From contig CAZMTL010000002.1 of the NCBI GenBank assembly GCA_964569575.1, positions 85,618 to 138,815 on the forward strand: a stretch of DNA of 53,198 bases, in the 5' to 3' direction. Position 1 is the stretch's first letter. Every line of letters starts with the position of its first letter. This DNA comes from an uncultured Gammaproteobacteria bacterium (GTDB lineage Bacteria; Patescibacteriota; Patescibacteriia; UBA9934). Below, one piece after another: positions 1 through 10,491 of the stretch. Below the pieces are notes generated by a model. It worked only from the letters and a program-made list of their open reading frames with translations. It was not told the origin of the DNA and made no database searches. A program made the position numbers and the translations under genes.

Positions 1-1270
1 AAGGAATCAACGCCCAATTTCCGTTCAACAATCCCTGATCAACCGCCTGCTTCACCGTTAAACCATTTCCCGCCTGACTTCGCGCCAACACCGTCGCAAA
101 GTTGGTATTCAATACACAATTATACAAACGTCGCGGCGTTCCTCGTAGCGTATTTGGACAGGTAGAGAGCTCGGCTAAAAAGTTATAACTAGAAGCATCA
201 AGCGGCGTAAACGTCAGCAAACTACGAAACGGATCATTCGCCTCCCCCCGCCCACTGGTTCCAGAAGCAAATTCGTCGAATGGATTCGGAATAACACGAG
301 GACTAATGAGTCCATCCGCAAGACGTTCACTCAATCGCGAAAGAAGAGTATTTGCAAAAATAGAACCGGCACTAAGTCCAACCTGTACCAATGCATCAGA
401 ATTACCAATTAAATTTACTCCAATCGCACCCGGAAGATCAGTCGCTGCGTAAGTTGCATTATGATAATAATTTTGAACAAACGAAGAAGGCGTAGTGGTT
501 TGACCAGTAATAAAATCCGTCACATCCCAAACTCCATCCTTCTCCAACAACTCCATCGCACTCAAACGCCCACGATTTTCGGCAGCAAGCAACGTATCTG
601 TATATAGACCCAAGGTAACGCTAAAATCACTCACACTTGGATCAAAAGAATCTGCTAACGTCTCCAAAATAACTGCATTCGCCTGTCCAGGATCTGTAAT
701 CGTGTCACCAATGTTCGCAAAAAAACCAATCCAATTGTCTTTAAAATTATTCAAATCTCCACAAAAATTAACATTTGCACCACCACCCAAAGAAGTAGGT
801 TGATAATTCGAACGAATACCCGCCCGAAGCTGAGGAAGATTCGGAGGAGCACATACATTCAACCCAGCAAGCCGTCCATATTCATCCACATTTTGAGCAA
901 CCAATCCATTCACAACCTCGCTTGCTACATTTGCACCTGCATAAATAAAATAATCTTCAACGGGCTGAACTTCAATAAGCGGCTGATCACCAGGGGCACC
1001 ATTCGCCAACCAAACAGCCGCATCATGCGCTGCCGTATTCGCAAAATACGTCATGATATTGATCAACGAAGTAGTAACAGAACCAACAACCGAACCAAAA
1101 ACCGTTCTATCCGTTGTTTCTTGAATATTCCGAGCAATGTCATTTGTAACAATGTCAGGATTTGTAGCGATAACCGGGATAGGCTGCGCATACGCGTTCC
1201 TCGGAACCGAGATCGAAATCGCGAAGGCTGCAACGAATAAAAGTGGAAGGATTTTTTTTAAAATCGACAT
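1..1270 (-). CDS. hypothetical secreted protein, C-terminus cut off by the window edge
   Basis: Absent from the ORF track because it runs off the left edge. Reverse-strand ATG at 1270-1268. My translation starts MSILKKILPLLFVAAFAISISVPRNAYAQPIPVIATNPDIVTNDIARNIQETTDRTVFGSVVGSVTTSLINIMTYFANTAAHD, which is signal-peptide-like. No stop in the ~250 nt translated codon by codon, and none noticed in a faster read to position 1. Confidence 0.55.
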   Translation of the reverse strand, partial: MSILKKILPLLFVAAFAISISVPRNAYAQPIPVIATNPDIVTNDIARNIQETTDRTVFGSVVGSVTTSLINIMTYFANTAAHDAAVWLANGAPGDQPLIEVQPVEDYFIYAGANVASEVVNGLVAQNVDEYGRLAGLNVCAPPNLPQLRAGIRSNYQPTSLGGGANVNFCGDLNNFKDNWIGFFANIGDTITDPGQANAVILETLADSFDPSVSDFSVTLGLYTDTLLAAENRGRLSAMELLEKDGVWDVTDFITGQTTTPSSFVQNYYHNATYAATDLPGAIGVNLIGNSDALVQVGLSAGSIFANTLLSRLSERLADGLISPRVIPNPFDEFASGTSGRGEANDPFRSLLTFTPLDASSYNFLAELSTCPNTLRGTPRRLYNCVLNTNFATVLARSQAGNGLTVKQAVDQGLLNGNWALIP

Positions 1271-1274
1271 ACAA

Positions 1275-1931
1275 TTATAAATCAGTATCGGACTCAGAAA
1301 CTTCACGAACAGAATCGCGGTAAATTTGAAGCAATTGTTCGTCGCTGTACGAATTTACCGTTGCCGCATCTATTCCAGACTCGAGCAACAATTGACGCAC
1401 TTCCCCAGCGGTCACGTCGACCAAATCAGGGGTCACCGGCTGCGAGCTCGTGCCAGAACCATTCAACGCCTCCAAATCTTCCTCTGGAAATTCCGGTGCC
1501 TCACCAACATCGATTACCGTTGGAACGACTTCAAATGCATCTTCATCGCCAAAACACTCTTCTCCAGCACACGTCGGATCTGTTCCAACCTCAATTTCCA
1601 ACGAATCACTCGCGCCATCTGCATCCGTATCCGCAAGATACGGGCTAGTTCGATACACATACAACTCTTCGTAATCGGTCAAACCGTCTTCATCCGAATC
1701 GGTCGACTGCAATTCCAATAATGCCTGTTCTTGTCGCTGAGCAGATGTAAGAACAGGTGGACCTTCATATTTCAATTCAAACGCCTTCATCATCGAACCA
1801 CTCACATAAAACACACCCATCAACAAACTCAGGACACCAATTCCCACCACCAAACCAAATCCAACCCTCTGCTCTTTAGAAAAAGCCGGCTTCTTGCGTC
1901 GGATCAAAATTCTCGCATCTTGCTCCTGCAT
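1275..1931 (-). CDS. membrane-anchored protein with thrombospondin-type-3-like acidic Ca-binding repeats
   Basis: 218-aa ORF. N-terminal TM segment (GFGLVVGIGVLSLLMGVFYV) followed by DSDEDGLTDYEE and DTDADGASDSLE motifs (DxDxDG type). Confidence 0.6.
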   Translation of the reverse strand: MQEQDARILIRRKKPAFSKEQRVGFGLVVGIGVLSLLMGVFYVSGSMMKAFELKYEGPPVLTSAQRQEQALLELQSTDSDEDGLTDYEELYVYRTSPYLADTDADGASDSLEIEVGTDPTCAGEECFGDEDAFEVVPTVIDVGEAPEFPEEDLEALNGSGTSSQPVTPDLVDVTAGEVRQLLLESGIDAATVNSYSDEQLLQIYRDSVREVSESDTDL

Positions 1932-2074
1932 GTCCCCTTCATTATAACAAACATTCGAAAAACAAGATGTAAGTTATTAAGCAAAGTTGTGTACAACATG
2001 CAGAAAAAAAATGATCCCACAAAAGCCGATTGGCACTTAGTGGGGTATTTTTTTTAAATTCAGAGACGCTCAAG

Positions 2075-2119
2075 GGAAAACATATAGGTCGTATAGGTCC
2101 AATTCGTCCTATACGATCT
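2075..2119 (-). terminator. possible intrinsic terminator after rsmA
   Basis: Inverted repeat aggtcgtatagg (2086-2097) / cctatacgatct (2108-2119) with one mismatch. On the minus strand it is followed by AUAUGUUUUCCC. Confidence 0.4.
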
Positions 2120-2894
2120 ATTGGCGCAACTCGTGCCACAATCGTACCCAATCATCCGAATGCAATTCCTGTGCACGAACTGTGGGTAAAAATCCTAACT
2201 TACCTAACACGACTTTTATCTCGTCCGAACTACCAAATCCTTTTTCTGCCAAATTCTTATGCAACTGCTTCCTTCTTGCCGAAAAACCGGCCTTTGCAAC
2301 ACGAATCGCCCCAAGAATCTCTTCGGCTGTATACAAAACCTCCTTTTTGCGAAACTGTAATACCGAAGAATCCACTCGAGGCCGAGGAACAAAGGCGCCT
2401 GGAGGAACATGAAACAGCAATGAAGGCTGAAACGAAAGCTGAGCCACCACCGAAAGCAATCCCATATCACCCGCCTTTGCACGTAAACGATCTCCTTGCT
2501 CTTTCTGCACCATCACGATCATCCGTTCTGGTAAATTTTGTGAAGAAACCACCTGCGCCAAAATAGCCGCCGACGCGTTATACGGTAAATTTCCAACAAA
2601 CACCCACTTGTCCGATCCAACTGCATCATCATATTCGACCCGAGCGGCATCACCCTCGATCAATCGTGCCTCTGGAAAACGGTCACGCAATTCTTGAAAC
2701 AAATCTCGATCAGCCTCAACCAAAACAAGACTCACATCTGGACGAACGAGGTGATCAGTTAATGCGCCATGACCTGGGCCAACTTCCACGATCAATTTCT
2801 CCCCTCCAGCCGCAACAGCGTCCGCAATCCCACGAACTACACTCTCATCTTTCAAAAAATGCTGACCAAATGATTTCTTTGCCCCTACGTTCAT
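2118..2894 (-). CDS. rsmA: 16S rRNA (adenine1518/1519-N6)-dimethyltransferase
   Basis: 258 aa. The N-terminus KKSFGQHFLKDESVV and the VEVGPGHGALT SAM-binding motif are typical of KsgA/RsmA. Confidence 0.9.
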   Translation of the reverse strand: MNVGAKKSFGQHFLKDESVVRGIADAVAAGGEKLIVEVGPGHGALTDHLVRPDVSLVLVEADRDLFQELRDRFPEARLIEGDAARVEYDDAVGSDKWVFVGNLPYNASAAILAQVVSSQNLPERMIVMVQKEQGDRLRAKAGDMGLLSVVAQLSFQPSLLFHVPPGAFVPRPRVDSSVLQFRKKEVLYTAEEILGAIRVAKAGFSARRKQLHKNLAEKGFGSSDEIKVVLGKLGFLPTVRAQELHSDDWVRLWHELRQ

Positions 2895-3508
2895 AAAAAA
2901 ATGGAAGGAATCACAACCGACCCTTGGCGCAAAATCTGCACTCGACCTCCCACGATCTTCGCGATGGTAGAGGGAGGCTGCGGAGGCAAAATACCAGCAT
3001 CAACGACCAAATCTGGCGCGTCAGGCTGATCTACAAAATTGGCCTCAACCGATTCAACGGAATACAAAGGATCCATTCCAGAAACATTCGCACTTGTCGC
3101 AACAACCGGACCGTTAAATTCGCGTACTAATCGCGCAGCAAACGGATGCGACGAAACGCGCACAGACTGAAAACCATCCTGAGCACACGCTTCCGAAAGC
3201 ACACTATCTGATTTAACCGGAAGGGCCATATTCACACCTCCTGGCCAAAATCGCGACGTAAGCGCACGCGCAGAATCATCTACTTCAACAAAAGACTCGG
3301 CAAACGCAAGCGAAGGAATAAGCACCGGCAATCCTTTTCCTGTCGGACGACCTTTGATCGCAAAAACACGCGCAACCGCCTCGGCATTGCGCGCATCACA
3401 ACCAATTCCGTACGTCGTTTCTGTTGGAAAAACAAGCACCCCACCTTCTCGTAGTACCTGCACAGCAGATGCTAAGGTCGTTTCTTCAGCAACAGAAAGA
3501 ATACGCAT
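2891..3508 (-). CDS. tsaC: L-threonylcarbamoyladenylate synthase, Sua5/YciO/YrdC family
   Basis: Contains FPTETTYGIGCDARN and VVATSANVSG motifs. I moved the start to the ATG at 3508 (MRILSV...), which abuts the stop of the upstream gene at 3510. The track ORF extends to 3589 and overlaps that gene. Confidence 0.8.
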   Translation of the reverse strand: MRILSVAEETTLASAVQVLREGGVLVFPTETTYGIGCDARNAEAVARVFAIKGRPTGKGLPVLIPSLAFAESFVEVDDSARALTSRFWPGGVNMALPVKSDSVLSEACAQDGFQSVRVSSHPFAARLVREFNGPVVATSANVSGMDPLYSVESVEANFVDQPDAPDLVVDAGILPPQPPSTIAKIVGGRVQILRQGSVVIPSIFL

Positions 3509-3509
3509 A

Positions 3510-4433
3510 CTAAATATTATCTCGGTACCAAGCGACAGTTTTTTCGATACCTTCTTCGAGCGAAACTTCAGGCTCCCATCCAAGAACACTCTTCGCTTTC
3601 GCAGAATCGAGCGCGCTTCGCTTTACAATATCCTTTACCTCTTCCCGAAAGTCAGGGTCAGCCTGCACACCGACTTCTTCACGAACAGCATGAAACAGTT
3701 CAAGTGTACTTGTTTCTAACCCTGTTCCAATATGAAACACATCACACACGTTCGCTTCCGCCGCAAGCAACAAAGCACGAACGACATCCCCAACATACAC
3801 GTAATCACGAGTCGTCAATCCATCATTATTCACAAGAGCCGATTCGCCACGCAATAACCGCGAAGCAAATACACCTACCGCGCCACTTTCTGCACTCGAA
3901 TCCTGACGAGGGCCGTACACATTTGCAAAACGAAGCGCCGCATAAGGCACACTCAATACACGGTGATAAAAATGCAAATAGCGCTCTGCAGTAAATTTCG
4001 AAATCGCATACGGCGAAACAGGCAACAACGACTTCGATTCAGCAACCGGAAATTCTTCCGCTTCACCCACAATCGCGCTCGTTGACGCAAATACAACACG
4101 CCCCTTTCCAACCGCACGAATCGCCTCCAAAATATTCAACGTCCCCATAATATTATTCTGAGCGTTCATAATCGGCTCAGCAACCGACTCGCGATCGTGA
4201 ATATGCGCCGCCAAATGAAACACCACGTCCGCCTTCGCTTTTCGAATCACTTCCGCTGCTTCGGGCGATTGAATATCAAACAACCGATACTTCACTTCTT
4301 CGTGTCGGTAGGCTTTTCTGGTCTTCTTTTTATCAATCACGGTCACTTTAACTCCGGCTTTCACCAAAGCATCTACCAAGTGACTTCCGATAAATCCACT
4401 CCCTCCAGTAACAATTGCTTTTTGTATCTTCAT
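3510..4433 (-). CDS. NAD-dependent epimerase/dehydratase (GalE-like SDR)
   Basis: 307 aa. Has the Rossmann motif VTGGSGFIGSHL and the YAISK catalytic YxxxK motif. Confidence 0.85.
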   Translation of the reverse strand: MKIQKAIVTGGSGFIGSHLVDALVKAGVKVTVIDKKKTRKAYRHEEVKYRLFDIQSPEAAEVIRKAKADVVFHLAAHIHDRESVAEPIMNAQNNIMGTLNILEAIRAVGKGRVVFASTSAIVGEAEEFPVAESKSLLPVSPYAISKFTAERYLHFYHRVLSVPYAALRFANVYGPRQDSSAESGAVGVFASRLLRGESALVNNDGLTTRDYVYVGDVVRALLLAAEANVCDVFHIGTGLETSTLELFHAVREEVGVQADPDFREEVKDIVKRSALDSAKAKSVLGWEPEVSLEEGIEKTVAWYRDNI

Positions 4434-4487
4434 AAAATCAAAACTACTAAACTATCGTATCAAACTAACCCCAAAAGAACAAAGTCG

Positions 4488-5585
4488 CTACCCCTTCTGA
4501 GCACGCAACTGAGCTTCAATAAATGGCAACACATCGCCGGCCAAAACCGCATCAGTATCCTGCGTTTCGTGAAGCGTTCGATGATCCTTCACCATTTTAT
4601 AAGGATGAAGCACATAACTACGTATTTGCGCCCCCCATTCCGCACTCTTGTGCCCTCCCTTTAACTGATCCACGGCTTCGGCACGCTCTTCTTGCATCCG
4701 CTGAAATAATCGAGATTTTAAAATGCGAAATGCCGTTTCTCGATTCTGCAATTGCGAACGTTCATTCTGACAACTCACCACAATATTTGTCGGTATATGC
4801 GTTAATCGAACCGCCGAATACGTCGTATTCACCGACTGACCGCCCTTTCCGCCCGCCATAAATGTATCAATACGCACATCCTCGGGATTGATCACAATAT
4901 TCTTTTCCGTCATTTCATCCAACTCCGGCAACACCTCCACTAAAGCGAATGCCGTATGCCGCATCTTCTCCGCATCAAACGGCGAAATACGCACCAATCG
5001 ATGCACTCCAGCTTCGTTTCGCAAATGTCCGTAAACGTAACGTCCTTTCACCAGAAACGTCGCATGTTTATACCCTGCCTCTTCACCAAGCGATTCGTGC
5101 AACATCTCAATCTTCCACCCCTGTTGTTCGATAAATCGCACATACATTCGAAACAGCATCTCCGCCCAATCCATCGCGTCCGTTCCACCTGCCCCAGCGT
5201 GCACGGTCACAATCGCATTATTCTTATCGTACGGCTGATCAAAGAACACCGCAATTTCCATGCGGTTAAACGCTTTACTCAATACATCAAGCTCCTCTTC
5301 CGCCTGTTTCATCATTCCTTCATCCTGCTCTAAGTCCGCCAAATCAAAAAGCGACTTCGCGTCCCGTAAATCATCTCGCATCGTCTCCCATGCCGTTACT
5401 TCGGAAGAAATATCTGCCGCTTCCTGAGAAACCGTCTTTGCTTTTTCCTGATCAGACCAAAAATCAGGTGAACTCATCTTCACCTCAAGGACCTTCAATT
5501 GCTCACGTTGTTCATCAATACGAAGAACAGGCCAAAGAGCATCGAGTCGCATCTGCAGTTCTTCCGCCTTTAATTTAAACGACAT
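4488..5585 (-). CDS. prfB: peptide chain release factor 2
   Basis: 365 aa. Has a GGQ motif (GGKGGQSVN) and the RF2-specific SPF motif (RISPFD). It is a continuous ORF with no internal in-frame stop. Confidence 0.9.
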   Translation of the reverse strand: MSFKLKAEELQMRLDALWPVLRIDEQREQLKVLEVKMSSPDFWSDQEKAKTVSQEAADISSEVTAWETMRDDLRDAKSLFDLADLEQDEGMMKQAEEELDVLSKAFNRMEIAVFFDQPYDKNNAIVTVHAGAGGTDAMDWAEMLFRMYVRFIEQQGWKIEMLHESLGEEAGYKHATFLVKGRYVYGHLRNEAGVHRLVRISPFDAEKMRHTAFALVEVLPELDEMTEKNIVINPEDVRIDTFMAGGKGGQSVNTTYSAVRLTHIPTNIVVSCQNERSQLQNRETAFRILKSRLFQRMQEERAEAVDQLKGGHKSAEWGAQIRSYVLHPYKMVKDHRTLHETQDTDAVLAGDVLPFIEAQLRAQKG

Positions 5586-5653
5586 ACATCCGTACCTGAA
5601 AAATAATCATCCTCCGCACTCAAAAAGAAAACCACTCCACTCACCCATCAACA

Positions 5654-6190
5654 TCAAAATTTCATGCGATCAGACCAATCAGCCACAAACGGCATACGGT
5701 ACCACTTGCCCTGAATCGCTTGAATGAAACCAATAATCGAAACAATCGTCATAAACGGAATCAAGAAAAATCCAACAATCCATCCAAGCAACGGAATACT
5801 AGAAACAACAATCGCTAATACCCAGAAAATCGCCACAACAATCCCCTGCTTTGCATGAAACATCGCAAATTTAGAATCCTTCGCAAAAAATAACGGAACC
5901 AAGCAAAGAAAGAATAAATAACTCACAGCCGCAACGACACGATTCTGATCAATATCAGAATCAGTTGCTTCATTCGCTGTCGCCGTCGAGTCAGTGGACT
6001 CAGTAGCATCATCGCACGCGCAATCGCCTCCACACGAACCAGCATCTTTATCACCACAGTCGCACGTGTCGCCACAAACACAGGCATCACCACAACCACC
6101 AACGCCACAACATTCAGCATTTGTAGCTTCTACTGGCTTTTCAGCGTCTTTCTTTTCGTTAGAGGGTTCGTTTGAATGAGTATCATGCAT
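5654..6190 (-). CDS. membrane protein: Cys-rich N-terminal segment fused to a DUF4870-like multi-TM domain
   Basis: Contains CCGVGGCGDACVCGDTCDCGDKDAGSCGGDCACDD, then YLFFLCLVPLFFAKDSKFAMFHAKQGIVV plus TM helices. Start set to ATG 6190 (MHDTHSNE) because a terminator hairpin lies inside the longer GTG-started track ORF that ends at 6283. Confidence 0.65.
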   Translation of the reverse strand: MHDTHSNEPSNEKKDAEKPVEATNAECCGVGGCGDACVCGDTCDCGDKDAGSCGGDCACDDATESTDSTATANEATDSDIDQNRVVAAVSYLFFLCLVPLFFAKDSKFAMFHAKQGIVVAIFWVLAIVVSSIPLLGWIVGFFLIPFMTIVSIIGFIQAIQGKWYRMPFVADWSDRMKF

Positions 6191-6242
6191 AAATAAATCT
6201 TTTCTCCACTTTACCGTATTCAACCGAAAAAAGCGAGAACAA

Positions 6243-6270
6243 AAAAGTCTTGGCGCAAGCCAAGACTTTT
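6243..6270 (-). terminator. intrinsic terminator after groEL
   Basis: Perfect 12-bp stem aaaagtcttggc / gccaagactttt with a GCAA loop. On the minus strand it runs into UUUUUUGUU. Confidence 0.75.
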
Positions 6271-6288
6271 TCTTCCAAATCACTCAAT

Positions 6289-8218
<1,930 letters not shown>

Positions 8219-8253
8219 AGAAACGAAGAAATAAATGAATTATTACGAGCATA

Positions 8254-8282
8254 AGATTACTAAAATTAGCAGTCTCTGTCAA
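8254..8282 (-). promoter_or_regulatory. sigma70-like promoter of groES-groEL
   Basis: On the minus strand: TTGACA (8282-8277), 17 nt spacer, TAATCT (8259-8254). This leaves about a 28-nt leader to the ATG at 8218. Confidence 0.55.
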
Positions 8283-8292
8283 TCAGTGCTAA
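8266..8292 (-). promoter_or_regulatory. CIRCE-like HrcA operator
   Basis: The plus strand reads TTAGCAGTC-N9-CAGTGCTAA against the consensus TTAGCACTC-N9-GAGTGCTAA, with one mismatch per arm. It overlaps the -35 element and the stop codon of the upstream gene. Confidence 0.75.
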
Positions 8293-9596
8293 TTTGATTT
8301 TTCACGAAAAAATTCGCCTGATCGCGCAAACAATCCAAACGCCACCGCAACCAACACCATCCCCGCCCACTGACTAAAAAGATAATGATCATAAAGCGCG
8401 ATCGGAAGCAATGCGGCTACAAGAAACACTCCACGCGCATGTTTGGTGAAAAAAATCCAAACACGTTTACCGAAAACCAACATCAGCAATAAGAACGGTA
8501 AAATTCCAACTTCAAACAACGCAAGCAAGTACACGTTATGAAGAGGCTGATGCTCCCAAGCATTTTGAACAACATGCAGACGATCGCGTTCAAACGTATA
8601 CTGACCTAATCCCATACCCAACAGCATCGTCGTCCCAACAATCGAAGGAAATTCTCGATACTGAACAACACGTTCATTCACGCTACGCTCTTCAAACTGC
8701 GCTGAACTTCCTGGTCGAACCGCCAAATCCAATCCGAAACTCGCGATCAAAGAACCAACAAGTAAACACATCAAAAACCCACTCTGCGCAACTACCTGAA
8801 TACGCTTCACTCGAACCAACGCAACAATCGTCAAACAACCAAATGCCGCCAACACTCCCAACCAGGCAGAGCGAGAAAAGGTCACCAAAAGAGCCGATCC
8901 AAAAAACAACAACATCGGCACAAAAACCAGCCGTTTCTTTGTAAAAAAGAACAAACCTCCAATACTTGCTAAACAAACCGCAAGATAGCCACCAAAAATA
9001 TTCGGATGCGCAAAAGACCCATACGCACGGAGCACGCGCTGCATCGTACCAAGTTCGACCACCGAATCCCCCAACCGACCGACATCACGCGAAGCAAGTC
9101 CAAGAAGAGTAGAAGCAGGACTAAACCCAAATATCACTTGAAAAAAGCCAATCAAAGCAGACCCTGAAACACCAGCGCAAAATGCAAACAGTAATCGACG
9201 TATCGAAAAAGCGTACCAAACAATCATCAGCAACAAAGCCACCGCTGACAACAAGTGCACAAACTGATTCAACAAAATCAACGGTTGCGAAACAAAAAAA
9301 GCCATCAATGCCATCCAAATAATCGTGACACCAACGGCGATCTTCATCTCTCGATTCACACGCTTCCAAAACCCACCAAAGAAAAACACCAACCAGATAA
9401 ATACCTCAACCGCATACAAGCTCAACACACCATATTCCCCGTCCACGCCTTGCGAGTAAGAAACCGTTCCAAAAATGTAACGCGCCTGCCAAGGGAGAAG
9501 AAATAAAATAATCAAAAGCGCATCGCGTTCAAAAAAACGACGAGTACTTACAACAACACTACGAAACCAATCCGGCTTTTTGAAGTTTAGATTCAT
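8289..9596 (-). CDS. O-antigen ligase (Wzy_C)-like polytopic membrane protein
   Basis: 435 aa with about 10 or more hydrophobic helices. The FSRSAWLGVLAAF segment is typical of the O-antigen ligase family. Confidence 0.55.
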   Translation of the reverse strand: MNLNFKKPDWFRSVVVSTRRFFERDALLIILFLLPWQARYIFGTVSYSQGVDGEYGVLSLYAVEVFIWLVFFFGGFWKRVNREMKIAVGVTIIWMALMAFFVSQPLILLNQFVHLLSAVALLLMIVWYAFSIRRLLFAFCAGVSGSALIGFFQVIFGFSPASTLLGLASRDVGRLGDSVVELGTMQRVLRAYGSFAHPNIFGGYLAVCLASIGGLFFFTKKRLVFVPMLLFFGSALLVTFSRSAWLGVLAAFGCLTIVALVRVKRIQVVAQSGFLMCLLVGSLIASFGLDLAVRPGSSAQFEERSVNERVVQYREFPSIVGTTMLLGMGLGQYTFERDRLHVVQNAWEHQPLHNVYLLALFEVGILPFLLLMLVFGKRVWIFFTKHARGVFLVAALLPIALYDHYLFSQWAGMVLVAVAFGLFARSGEFFREKSN

Positions 9597-10491
9597 ACCA
9601 TTCCTTTACCTCGCGTCTACGATCATTTTTATGAAACTTCAACATCGAATCACTTACTACCACCGTAGAATCTTGATTAAAACGAGCTTTCAATTCAGAC
9701 GGAAATTTCCACTGCTGCAAAAACCGTGCAAACGATTCCGGCAACTGAAGAAAAAGCAATTTAAACGGCAGCAACGGTCGAGCAAGCCGCGCACGCCGTG
9801 CAAAGACTGATTGTGGAAACACCAACTCCGCCCAAGCGTTATGTCGCAGAAAAAAAGGAAAAAGCTCTCCTGTTTCGAACATCGGCACAAGCGCACGCGC
9901 CCACCAAGCTAAATACGGATCCCCGCCCGCAAGCTGCAGACGATGAATATTCAACGCATCTTCGGCAAGAAAAAAATTCGTATCAATCGCATTCACACGA
10001 CCAGGCGCCGGACGCAATCGCAGCAACATTAATGGCAATAACGAAAACAATCGCACGCTCCACAACGACGACTTGCGTACAATCAAAAACAAATCCACAT
10101 CACTCAACGCACGCGTAAAATGAAGCGAAAGCGAATTACAAAACGCAATCCCTTGTACCCCAGGAAGTAAACGCAAATACGCCAAGTACCACTTCGTTTT
10201 GCGATACTTTTTCACCGCTTCAACATATCGAAGCTGTCGTTTGTTAAACCACTCTGCAACAACACCCGGTTCCGCAACCGCATACTGTCCGCAAAACGAA
10301 TCCAATCCCTGTTCGCGCAACCAATCAGACTGCTCTAAACACTCAAGTACCTGCGCATAAGAATACACATCTCCCCCTTCACTCATGCACCACTTCCAAG
10401 CTTCCATCACGGTTAACGGATACGAGAAAAAGGAGAAGAAAGCGAATGTCCGAAACAAAGCTGATTCAAGAGGCGTAGGCATACTACGCAA
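9559..10491 (-). CDS. hypothetical protein, possible nucleotidyltransferase fold
   Basis: 310-aa ORF with no family I can name. NSLSLHFTRALSDVDLFLIV resembles the GS...DxD nucleotidyltransferase signature. Confidence 0.5.
   Translation of the reverse strand: MRSMPTPLESALFRTFAFFSFFSYPLTVMEAWKWCMSEGGDVYSYAQVLECLEQSDWLREQGLDSFCGQYAVAEPGVVAEWFNKRQLRYVEAVKKYRKTKWYLAYLRLLPGVQGIAFCNSLSLHFTRALSDVDLFLIVRKSSLWSVRLFSLLPLMLLRLRPAPGRVNAIDTNFFLAEDALNIHRLQLAGGDPYLAWWARALVPMFETGELFPFFLRHNAWAELVFPQSVFARRARLARPLLPFKLLFLQLPESFARFLQQWKFPSELKARFNQDSTVVVSDSMLKFHKNDRRREVKEWYESKLQKAGLVS

Noticed and set aside
800-1240. 146-aa plus-strand ORF, and many similar R/N/I/H-rich ORFs antisense to real genes (for example 6835-7392, 22915-23541, 26627-27172, 40095-40541).
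   Set aside because: They have low-complexity composition, lie fully inside well-supported genes on the opposite strand or another frame, and resemble nothing I recognise.
5923-6179. 65-aa and 61-aa ORFs inside the Cys-rich segment of the 5654-6190 gene.
   Set aside because: They are alternative-frame readings of the GC-rich Cys/Gly/Asp-coding stretch and have no independent start or stop context.
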